DNA from: a bacterium
Lineage (GTDB): Bacteria; J088; JAWLBW01
Assembly: GCA_041690355.1 (NCBI GenBank)
Contig: JAWLHK010000006.1
Coordinates: forward strand, 62,001-126,000
Direction of reading: 5' to 3'
Length of the DNA: 64,000 bases
Under the pieces are notes generated by a model. The model was not told the origin of the DNA. It worked only from the letters and a program-made list of their open reading frames with translations, and made no database searches. This document shows positions 20,197-28,155 of this stretch, one piece after another (positions within the stretch are counted from its first letter, which is position 1; every line of letters starts with the position of its first letter). Position numbers and translations under genes: made by a program.

Positions 20197-20461
20197 ACCG
20201 TCGCCGGTCGTCCCGTCCCGGGCCGTGGTGCGGTTGCGTGATCCGGCGCACAGCGCAGGGTGCGGCCGCAGTACAGGCGGTATGACGGGCGTGTCAGTGC
20301 CGGATAGGTCACCCGCATGTCTCCGATAAATAACACTAAAATGATCGGGGATTGCTGCTTAAATACTTGCGGCAAAGTCGGAATTCCGATATTCTGGGTC
20401 TGAATACAGGGACCAATACACGATGTGTATGGTCGGAATACGAGCGGAAACGGACACAGCC

Positions 20462-22123
20462 ATGGCCATTCTCGAAATCGAAGAACGCAATCGACTCCTC
20501 GCCGAGCAGACCAATGAACTTGAAGGGCTCATTGCCCAGTACCGTCGCGGCGAGATCACGGGCGAAGAGCTGCGCTACAAGCGCCTGAGCACCGGTCTTT
20601 ACGCGCAGCTGCCGCATGTAAAGCACATGCAGCGCACCAAGACGACCGGCGGATTTCTAACGGCGGGCCAGCTCGAAATCATGGCCGAGATTGCCGAGAC
20701 GTGGGGGCGCGGCATCGGCCACGTTACGACGCGCCAGAACTTCCAGTTCCACTTTCTAGAGCTCGAAGATACGATTCCGCTGCAGCGCCTGCTTCAGGCC
20801 GAAGACATGAACACGCGTGCCGCCTGCGGACACAGCGTGCGCACGATGACGGCGAGCCACCTGGCAGGGATCGATCCGGACGAGGTCTTCGATATCAGCC
20901 CCTATCCGCTGGCGGCGACCGAGTATTTTCTCTTTCACCCGCAGAACCTCAAACTGGCCCGCAAGTTCAAGATTGCCTTCGAGGGGGGGCCGCGCGATCT
21001 GGCGAAGCTGCGCCTGCACGAGATCGGCATCTACGCGACCCTGAAGGACGGTCAGGAAGGCTGGCGCCTCTACTGCGCCGGGGGCACGGGCTCGTTTCCG
21101 CACGCGGCGCGGCTCGCCTACGAGTTCGTGCCCAAGGACGATCTGCTCATCGCCATGGACGCACTCGTCTGGCTGTTCTATGACACGGGCAACCGGAAGA
21201 ATCTCAAGAAGGCCCGTTTCAAGTTCGTCGTGCAGACCCTCGGCGCCGAGGAGTTCGACCGCCGCACGCGGGAATATTTCGAGAAGGTCGAAGCCGAACG
21301 CGGCGACGATCTGCGCCGCCAGCTGACCAAGTGGATCTCCGAACGGTGGCGCCCCGAATCGGGTCCCGAGCGGTCGGGGGGAACGCCGAAGAGCCGGCAC
21401 TCCGGCTTCGAGCGCTGGCTGAAGACGAACACGGGCGAACAGAAGCAGAAGGGGTACCACTGGGTCACCGTGAAGCTGCCGCTCGGCGACATCACCGCCC
21501 CCCAGATGCGGGCGCTTGCCGGTATCGCCCGCGAGTACGGCAATGGTAACGTGCGCACGGCCATCGCCCAGAACATGATCGTACCCTTCGTGCCGTACGA
21601 GAACCTGGGCAGGGTCTACGATGCGCTGCTCGCCATCAACCTGGCCGAGGCCGGCGCCTTCGGCATCAGCGACGTGACGAGCTGCCCCGGGGCAGACTAC
21701 TGCGACCTGGCGGTGACCAAGAGCATGGGGGTGGCCGGCCGCATCCGCGCGCATCTGCTCCCGCTGGGCGATCGGTACGACCACCTGGGGCATTTCGAAA
21801 TCAAGGTTTCGGGCTGCCCGAACGGTTGCGGCCAGCATCACGTCGGCGACATCGGCATGACGGGCATGATGGTCAAGACCGAAGAAGGAGAGAAGCCGCA
21901 CTTCGCGCTCATGCTCGGCGGCGGGGGCGTCGAAGCCGATTACCAGGTCGGTCAGCGGGTGACCGGCAAATATCCCGAAGAAGCGGCTCCGCATCTCGTC
22001 GCCGCGCTGGTAGAATATTATCTTGCCCGGCGCGACGGCGAAGGTGAATCGTTCAAGCAGTTCGTGCGCCGTGTCGGCCCCAAACAGATTCACGAAGAAG
22101 CGCTCACCGGCCTGGCGGTCTGA
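20462..22123 (+). CDS. Siroheme-[4Fe-4S] sulfite/nitrite reductase (ferredoxin type)
   Basis: TTRQNFQFH, RKFKIAF and the four Cys ligands in SCPGADYC and SGCPNGCG. Confidence 0.9.
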   Translation: MAILEIEERNRLLAEQTNELEGLIAQYRRGEITGEELRYKRLSTGLYAQLPHVKHMQRTKTTGGFLTAGQLEIMAEIAETWGRGIGHVTTRQNFQFHFLELEDTIPLQRLLQAEDMNTRAACGHSVRTMTASHLAGIDPDEVFDISPYPLAATEYFLFHPQNLKLARKFKIAFEGGPRDLAKLRLHEIGIYATLKDGQEGWRLYCAGGTGSFPHAARLAYEFVPKDDLLIAMDALVWLFYDTGNRKNLKKARFKFVVQTLGAEEFDRRTREYFEKVEAERGDDLRRQLTKWISERWRPESGPERSGGTPKSRHSGFERWLKTNTGEQKQKGYHWVTVKLPLGDITAPQMRALAGIAREYGNGNVRTAIAQNMIVPFVPYENLGRVYDALLAINLAEAGAFGISDVTSCPGADYCDLAVTKSMGVAGRIRAHLLPLGDRYDHLGHFEIKVSGCPNGCGQHHVGDIGMTGMMVKTEEGEKPHFALMLGGGGVEADYQVGQRVTGKYPEEAAPHLVAALVEYYLARRDGEGESFKQFVRRVGPKQIHEEALTGLAV

Positions 22124-22143
22124 GCGCGGGTTAAGGAATGTTT

Positions 22144-23304
22144 ATGAATTCATCGCAGTTGCTCCAGCAGATCAAAAACCAGATTCGGGAGATTTCGCCC
22201 GAAGACACGCACGCGCGCATCGAGCGCCGCGACGACGTGGCTATCATCGACGTCCGCGAGAAAGATGAAGTGTCCGGCGGGCTGATTCCCGGCGCCGTGC
22301 ACATCCCGCGCGGGTTTCTCGAGCTGCGCATCGAAGACGTCGTGTCCGATCGCGGCAAGGACATCATCCTCTACTGTGCGGGCGGCGTGCGCTCGGCCTA
22401 TGCCGCGAAGACGCTCGCCGACCTCGGCTACACGAAGGTCGAGAGCATGGAAGGCGGCTTTGCGCGCTGGAAGCAGAAGGGATACCGCTTCGACATGCCG
22501 CGTTCGCTGACGCCCGATCAGCGCAGCCGCTACAGCCGGCACACGCTGCTCCCCGAAGTGGGTGAGAAGGGGCAGCTGCGCCTGCTCGACAGCAAGGTGC
22601 TCATGCTCGGGGCCGGCGGCCTCGGGTCGCCCGCGGCGCTCTACCTGGCGGCAGCCGGGGTGGGCACCATCGGCATCATCGACGACGATCTGGTCGACGC
22701 TTCGAACCTGCAGCGGCAGATTCTGCACAACACCGATCGGGTCGGCATGCCCAAGGTCGAGAGCGCCCGCGAGACGCTCACCAAGCTCAATCCCGACATC
22801 AAGATCGTCGCGTATCAGGAGCGGCTCTCGTCGGAGAACATCAACCGCATTCTCGATGACGGGTGGGAGGTCATTCTCGACGGTCTCGACAATTTCGCGA
22901 CCCGCTACCTGGTCAACGACGCTTCGGTCTGGCGGGGAATTCCGGTCGTGCACGGCTCCATTTTCCGCTTCGAGGGGCAGGTGACGACGCTGATTCCACA
23001 CCAGGGCCCCTGCTATCGCTGCCTCTATCCCGAGCCGCCCCCGCCGGGAATGGCGCCGTCGTGCTCCGAGGCGGGCGTGCTGGGCGTTCTGCCGGGCATC
23101 GTGGGCACGCTCGAAGCCATCGAGGTCATCAAGCTTCTGCTCGGGCGCGGCGAGCCGCTTGCCGGCCGCCTGCTGCTCTATGACGCCTTGAAGACGAAGT
23201 TCCGTGAAGTCAAGGTCCGTCGCGACGAGAACTGCGCCGTCTGCGGCAACAATCCGACCATCACGGAGCTCATCGACTACGAAGCCTTCTGCGCGCTGGC
23301 CTGA
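22144..23304 (+). CDS. moeB: Rhodanese-ThiF/MoeB fusion (MoeZ/MoeBR-like sulfur-carrier adenylyltransferase)
   Basis: N-terminal rhodanese (YCAGGVRS), then RYSRH, GAGGLG, SNLQRQILH and CxxC motifs. Confidence 0.9.
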   Translation: MNSSQLLQQIKNQIREISPEDTHARIERRDDVAIIDVREKDEVSGGLIPGAVHIPRGFLELRIEDVVSDRGKDIILYCAGGVRSAYAAKTLADLGYTKVESMEGGFARWKQKGYRFDMPRSLTPDQRSRYSRHTLLPEVGEKGQLRLLDSKVLMLGAGGLGSPAALYLAAAGVGTIGIIDDDLVDASNLQRQILHNTDRVGMPKVESARETLTKLNPDIKIVAYQERLSSENINRILDDGWEVILDGLDNFATRYLVNDASVWRGIPVVHGSIFRFEGQVTTLIPHQGPCYRCLYPEPPPPGMAPSCSEAGVLGVLPGIVGTLEAIEVIKLLLGRGEPLAGRLLLYDALKTKFREVKVRRDENCAVCGNNPTITELIDYEAFCALA

Positions 23305-23326
23305 GCGGCGCGGACTGCTCGTTCAG

Positions 23327-23358
23327 AAAGGCGTCTCCCGGTGGGAGACGCCTTTTTT
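23327..23358 (+). terminator. Intrinsic terminator
   Basis: AAAGGCGTCTCCC-ggt-GGGAGACGCCTTTTTT. Confidence 0.9.
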
Positions 23359-23517
23359 CGTGAGGGCTCGCCCGAACCGGCCGCAAACGCGCCTGTTCGC
23401 AGCCAGCGATCCCGCGTGCCGGTGCGACCGGGCCGGGCGGCTGTCGCGGGGCGGCTCGCGCTCGCCGGCGCGGCAGAATCCGTGGCACAGTAAGGGCGTG
23501 AAGGGGGGTGTAGCAGG

Positions 23518-23718
23518 ATGGGCCGCACGTATCGCATGAAGGTCTGCGTCGATCACGACCGCATGGCGCAGATCAGGCTCCCGGACGACATTCAGCCCGG
23601 CGAGCATGAGATGGAGATCTCCATGGATCAGCTCCGCGACCGTGAATATCCGCCGCCGAACATGAGCGACTGGTATTCAGAGCTTATCTACGATCGCGAC
23701 GATCTGTGGGGGCGTTGA
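23518..23718 (+). CDS. Small hypothetical protein (66 aa)
   Basis: Fills an intergenic gap, GC3-type codons, followed by a hairpin at 23725-23755. Confidence 0.55.
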   Translation: MGRTYRMKVCVDHDRMAQIRLPDDIQPGEHEMEISMDQLRDREYPPPNMSDWYSELIYDRDDLWGR

Positions 23719-23768
23719 CCGCACACGGGCGGCCGGCATGACCGGTCGCCCGTTTCGCTCGTCGGCCT

Positions 23769-25571
23769 TCAGCGCACCGGCTGAATGGGGATGCGCTTTC
23801 CGGAGAACGACAGCTTCGGCTTCTTGAGCAACGCGCCGGCCGCCTGGGCGCGCACGTCGACGAAGGTGTAGTTCGTCTGGATGTCGATGCGCCCGAAGTC
23901 TGAACCCTGCAGCCCCAGCTCGCGGCAGAGCACCTGGATGATGACCCCCGGGGTCACCCGCTGGCGCGTGCCGACCGGCAGGCGGAATTTTTCCATCCCG
24001 GCTTCCTTGCGCGGTTCGCGATGCGCGCCCGGTTTGCGAGCCGGGACCTCGTCGCGCCCGCGCGGACCTCGTTCGAAGCGTCCTTCGCGGCTTTCGCGGC
24101 GCCCGGCTTCGGGGCGCGCCTCAGCCTTCATGGCCCTGACGTCGTAAACCTTGGGCTGACCCGCCAGTACGCGCTGCAGCAGGCGCGCCATGATCTCGAC
24201 GCCGTCGGTGCCCGCGTGCAGTTCCGCCGCAAGCTCTCGAAGTGCCTCCGGAGCCTCTGCCTGTCCGTCACTGCGGAGTTCTTCGGTCAGGCGCGCAATC
24301 CGGGCCCGTTGGATCTGCTCGACGAGCGGAACGACCTTCCACTCGACCTGGAGGTTGCCCGCGTGGGCCAGTCGGTTCGCCTTGTAGCGGTCGGCGTCGG
24401 AGACGAACAGCAGCGAGACCCCCGAAGCGCCGGCGCGGCCGGTACGCCCGCTGCGGTGAATGTAGGTGGCCATGCTCCCCGGCAGGCTGAAGTGGACGAC
24501 GTGCGAGATTCCCTGCACGTCGATGCCGCGTGCGGCCACGTCGGTGGCGACGAGAATCGGCGTGCGCCCGCTGCGGAACGCTTCCATGGCGTGCGTGCGC
24601 TGATCCTGGCTCAGGTCGCCGTTCAGGAACGTGGCCGGAAAGCCGTCTTCGGTCAGTCGCAGGGCAAGCTCCTGTGACTCCTGCCGCGTCCGCGTGAAGA
24701 TGAGCACCCGCTCGACGGTCTCGAAGGCGAGCACGTTGGCGAGCGCGCCGTAGCGGTCTGCGTTGCGCACGGGATAGAAGACATGGCGGATGTCGACGTG
24801 GGCCGCCGAGGCGCGCTCGGTCTCGACGGTCACCGGCTCGCGCAGGTAGGTGTCGATGACCCGGCGCATCGCGGGGGGAATGGTGGCCGAAAAGAGCAGC
24901 CGCTGGCCTTCGTCGGGAAACTGCTCGAGAATGCGCTGGATGTCTTCGAGAAAGCCCATGTCGAGCATCTCGTCGCCTTCGTCGAGGACGATGGCGCGCG
25001 CGTCGGCCAGCGAAAGCGTGCCGCGCTCGAGGTGATCGAGCAGGCGCCCGGGGGTGCCGACCACGATGTGGGAGCGCTTGAGGGCGCGAATCTGGTCGCG
25101 CATCGAGGCCCCGCCGATGACGGGCGTGATGCCGAGGCGGTACCAGGCGGCGACGTCGTCGAGTTCGCGGGCCACCTGCACGGCGAGCTCGCGCGTCGGC
25201 GTGAGTACGAGCAGCTGCGGAGCCATGACGGCCCCGTCGAGGCGTTGCAGCAGGGGCAGGCCGAAGGCGAGCGTTTTTCCCGACCCGGTGCGCGACCGGG
25301 CCAGGATGTCGGCGCCGTCGGCGGCCGGCGCGAACACACGCGCCTGAATGGGGGTCGGCGCGTTCACCCCCCGCTTGGCGAGCAGGGCGATGACCGGCTC
25401 GGGGAGACCGAGATCGGCAAAAGAAGTTTCGGCCGCGGGGGGGGCTTCCGGCGCAAGGGGCGACTCCGCATCCGGGTCGGCGGCGGACTTCAGGGTCCGG
25501 GGGCCAGGGGCGGTTCGCGCTTTCGGATTCGATTTCGCGAGTGATTTCTTGGTTGTCTTCGTGGGTGACAT
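23769..25571 (-). CDS. deaD: DEAD-box RNA helicase with DbpA-type C-terminal RNA-binding domain
   Basis: PTPIQ, TGSGKT, PTRELA, DEGD, SAT and HRSGRTGRAG motifs. Confidence 0.9.
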   Translation of the reverse strand: MSPTKTTKKSLAKSNPKARTAPGPRTLKSAADPDAESPLAPEAPPAAETSFADLGLPEPVIALLAKRGVNAPTPIQARVFAPAADGADILARSRTGSGKTLAFGLPLLQRLDGAVMAPQLLVLTPTRELAVQVARELDDVAAWYRLGITPVIGGASMRDQIRALKRSHIVVGTPGRLLDHLERGTLSLADARAIVLDEGDEMLDMGFLEDIQRILEQFPDEGQRLLFSATIPPAMRRVIDTYLREPVTVETERASAAHVDIRHVFYPVRNADRYGALANVLAFETVERVLIFTRTRQESQELALRLTEDGFPATFLNGDLSQDQRTHAMEAFRSGRTPILVATDVAARGIDVQGISHVVHFSLPGSMATYIHRSGRTGRAGASGVSLLFVSDADRYKANRLAHAGNLQVEWKVVPLVEQIQRARIARLTEELRSDGQAEAPEALRELAAELHAGTDGVEIMARLLQRVLAGQPKVYDVRAMKAEARPEAGRRESREGRFERGPRGRDEVPARKPGAHREPRKEAGMEKFRLPVGTRQRVTPGVIIQVLCRELGLQGSDFGRIDIQTNYTFVDVRAQAAGALLKKPKLSFSGKRIPIQPVR

Positions 25572-25838
25572 GGGGTGATCCTCTGGTTTGCATCCGCCTG
25601 CGGGCGTTGCCGGTCCGTCCGGAAGTGGACGGCACGATCGGGATCACGCGACGAAGGAACAGTGCCGGGCGGTGGCCGTCAGCCACAGCCGAAAACGATC
25701 ATTATACCGCGCCGCGCGCGCAGACGCTTGGACCGGAGAAGTCGCCGCGGCGCCCCTCCCGGTAGAGCGGGGGAGGGGGGCGGCCTCCAGCCTTCTCCCG
25801 GCGGGCGTCGGACGGGGAAGGCGAGCCCCGGCAACAGC

Positions 25839-25874
25839 AAAAAAAAGGCCGGCGCGCAGAAGCACGCCGGCCTT
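25839..25874 (-). terminator. Intrinsic terminator of the RRM gene
   Basis: AAGGCCGGCG...CGCCGGCCTT stem with a T8 run on the minus strand. Confidence 0.85.
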
Positions 25875-25898
25875 GAAGCTTCGAGTGTGGGCGCTCGC

Positions 25899-26210
25899 TT
25901 AGTAACGCTCGCGACGGCCGCCGCCGTTGCGGTCGCCGCGGCCGCGTCCGCCGCCGAAACCGCCCCCGTTGTCAGACTTGGGTCGAGCTTCATTGACGGT
26001 CAGCGCGCGACCGCCGATGGTTTTCTGCGACATGGCTTCAATGGCTTCATCCCCCTGCGGGGTTTCGACAAAGCCGAAGCCGCGGCTGCGCTGGGTCATG
26101 CGGTCTTCGACGACCGAGGCGCTGTCAACCTGAAAACCGGCGTCTTCGAAAAGACGACGAAGACCTTCGCTGTCCATCGTGAAGGGAAGGTTACCGACGA
26201 AAAGTTTCAT
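25899..26210 (-). CDS. RRM (RNP-1) RNA-binding protein with Gly-rich tail
   Basis: RNP2 LFVGNL, RNP1 RGFGFVE, GRALTVNEARP. Confidence 0.93.
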   Translation of the reverse strand: MKLFVGNLPFTMDSEGLRRLFEDAGFQVDSASVVEDRMTQRSRGFGFVETPQGDEAIEAMSQKTIGGRALTVNEARPKSDNGGGFGGGRGRGDRNGGGRRERY

Positions 26211-26462
26211 GCACTTTCTCCGATCCAAGGATCCAAAACCCGGACGCATCCGCGCCGGGTATCATAGTTTGCCGGAACCCAATGTTCCGACCGTTGGCTT
26301 TTATTGCGGACCGGGAGAACGTCGCGAGACGTCCACGCATAAGCCGCGCAAAGGGAGCTACAAGAGCGAACCAACCGACCCGAATCCGTTACGAACCTCT
26401 CTTGCAGACTACCCGGACCTGATGGCGTAGACGCGAACTGGGTAGGAACGAACCTGTTTATC

Positions 26463-26491
26463 AGCCTAGCATGAGGGGTGTCGACTTGCAA
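26463..26491 (-). promoter_or_regulatory. Putative sigma70 promoter of the RRM gene (implies about 245-nt 5'UTR)
   Basis: TTGCAA-17 nt-TAGGCT with TG extension. Confidence 0.55.
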
Positions 26492-26601
26492 CGCTTTTCG
26501 CCAGGCCGTATTTCGGGCGCAAACCGGCTTGACGACAGGGTGAAATCCGTCGCAAAGTGAACGCCGGGGTGCCTTTCCTGCACGCCGTGACCGCCGGTGC
26601 C

Positions 26602-28155
26602 ATGCCCGGGAAATTCTCTGCTGCCATTCTCGATCTGGACGGCGTCATCACCCGTACCGCCCGGGTGCATGCCAAGGCCTGGAAACGTCTTTTCGACGGA
26701 TTCCTGGCCGGCCGGGGGCCGCGCCCCGGCGAAGACCACCGCCCCTTCGACGCGGAGGCCGATTACCGGGCCCAGGTCGACGGCAAACCGCGTTATGATG
26801 GCGTACGGAGTTTTCTGGCCTCGCGCGGCATCTCACTTCCCGAGGGGTCCCCGGGAGACCCCCCCGACGCGGAGACGGTGTTCGGGCTTGGAAACCGCAA
26901 GAATGAGTACTTTCAGTCGCTGCTGCGCACGGGGGTCGAGGTCTTCTCCGACGCGGTCGAACGCATCGATGCGTGGAGGCGGCAGGGGCTCAGGCTCGCC
27001 GTGATTTCGTCGAGCCGCAACTGCGAGGCCGTGCTGCGGGCCGCCGGTCTTCTCGATCGGTTCGACGTGCGCATCGACGGCAACGACCTCGATCGTCTGC
27101 GCGGGAAACCGGCGCCCGACATGTTTCTCGAGGCCGTACGGCGTCTCGCGATCGACCCGTCGCGTGCCCTGGTGATTGAAGACGCCGTCGCCGGCGTGCA
27201 GGCGGCGCGCGCAGGGGGCTTCGGCCTGGTCGTCGGCGTCGCTCGCGACGGCGGCGAAGATGCGCTGCGCGAGGCGGGGGCCGACCGCGTCGTACGCGAC
27301 CTCGGAGAGCTGCGTGATCTCGACGAGCGTTCGTCCTCAGCAGATTCGCCCCCGTCGGCCCTCGGGCAGGTCGGCGCCATGCTCGAAGGGGCGCGTGAGG
27401 GAGCGTTCGCCCTTTTTCTGGATTATGACGGAACCCTCACCCCCATCGTGCGTCGTCCCGAAGACGCGGTTCTTTCCGAAGACATGCGCAGGCTGCTGCT
27501 CCGTTTGTCGACGCTGTGCCTGGTGGCCATCGTGAGCGGCCGCGACCGGCGCAGCGCCGAGGCCATGGTCGGCCTCGAAGGGCTCGTGTACGCGGGCAGC
27601 CACGGTTTCGACATCCGCGGACCCGGGGGGCTCCAGCTCGAGCACGCAGACGCGGCCCGCGCCCTGCCGGCGCTCGACGCGGCCGAGCAGGCGCTGCACG
27701 AACGGCTGGGTGACGTGCCCGGTGCCCGGGTCGAACGTAAACGGTACGCCATTGCCGTACATTACCGCGAAGTCACCCATCCGGCCGATGAGCGCCGGGT
27801 CGAAGATATGGTGCGCGCCATTGCCGTGAAGAGCCGGGGGCTGCGCATGAAAGGGGGAAAAAAGATCTTCGAGCTCCTCCCCGACGTCCCCTGGGACAAG
27901 GGCCGGGCGGTCCTGTGGCTTCTTCGCACGCTGGATCTCCGCCTGGCGCCCGAGCACGTACTCTACCTGGGAGACGACGTCACCGACGAAGACGCCTTTC
28001 GGGCGCTGCGGGACGCGCAGGCGGGCATCGGCATCCGCGTCGCCGACGTGCCCGGGCCGACGGCCGCGCATTTCACACTGCGTGATCAGGGTGAGGTGAA
28101 ACGTTTTCTGGAGGCGCTGCTCGCGGGGCTCGAGCGCGGGCGCGAGGGGGCATGA
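26602..28155 (+). CDS. otsB: HAD hydrolase (beta-PGM-like) fused to trehalose-6-phosphate phosphatase
   Basis: N-terminal DLDGV...GKPAPD...IEDA; C-terminal LDYDGTL, SGR, GSHG and GDDVTDEDAF. Confidence 0.85.
   Translation: MPGKFSAAILDLDGVITRTARVHAKAWKRLFDGFLAGRGPRPGEDHRPFDAEADYRAQVDGKPRYDGVRSFLASRGISLPEGSPGDPPDAETVFGLGNRKNEYFQSLLRTGVEVFSDAVERIDAWRRQGLRLAVISSSRNCEAVLRAAGLLDRFDVRIDGNDLDRLRGKPAPDMFLEAVRRLAIDPSRALVIEDAVAGVQAARAGGFGLVVGVARDGGEDALREAGADRVVRDLGELRDLDERSSSADSPPSALGQVGAMLEGAREGAFALFLDYDGTLTPIVRRPEDAVLSEDMRRLLLRLSTLCLVAIVSGRDRRSAEAMVGLEGLVYAGSHGFDIRGPGGLQLEHADAARALPALDAAEQALHERLGDVPGARVERKRYAIAVHYREVTHPADERRVEDMVRAIAVKSRGLRMKGGKKIFELLPDVPWDKGRAVLWLLRTLDLRLAPEHVLYLGDDVTDEDAFRALRDAQAGIGIRVADVPGPTAAHFTLRDQGEVKRFLEALLAGLERGREGA

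Noticed and set aside
23483-23497. Possible sigma54 site TGGCAC-AGTAA-GGGC
   Set aside because: The -12 element lacks TT; too weak to call
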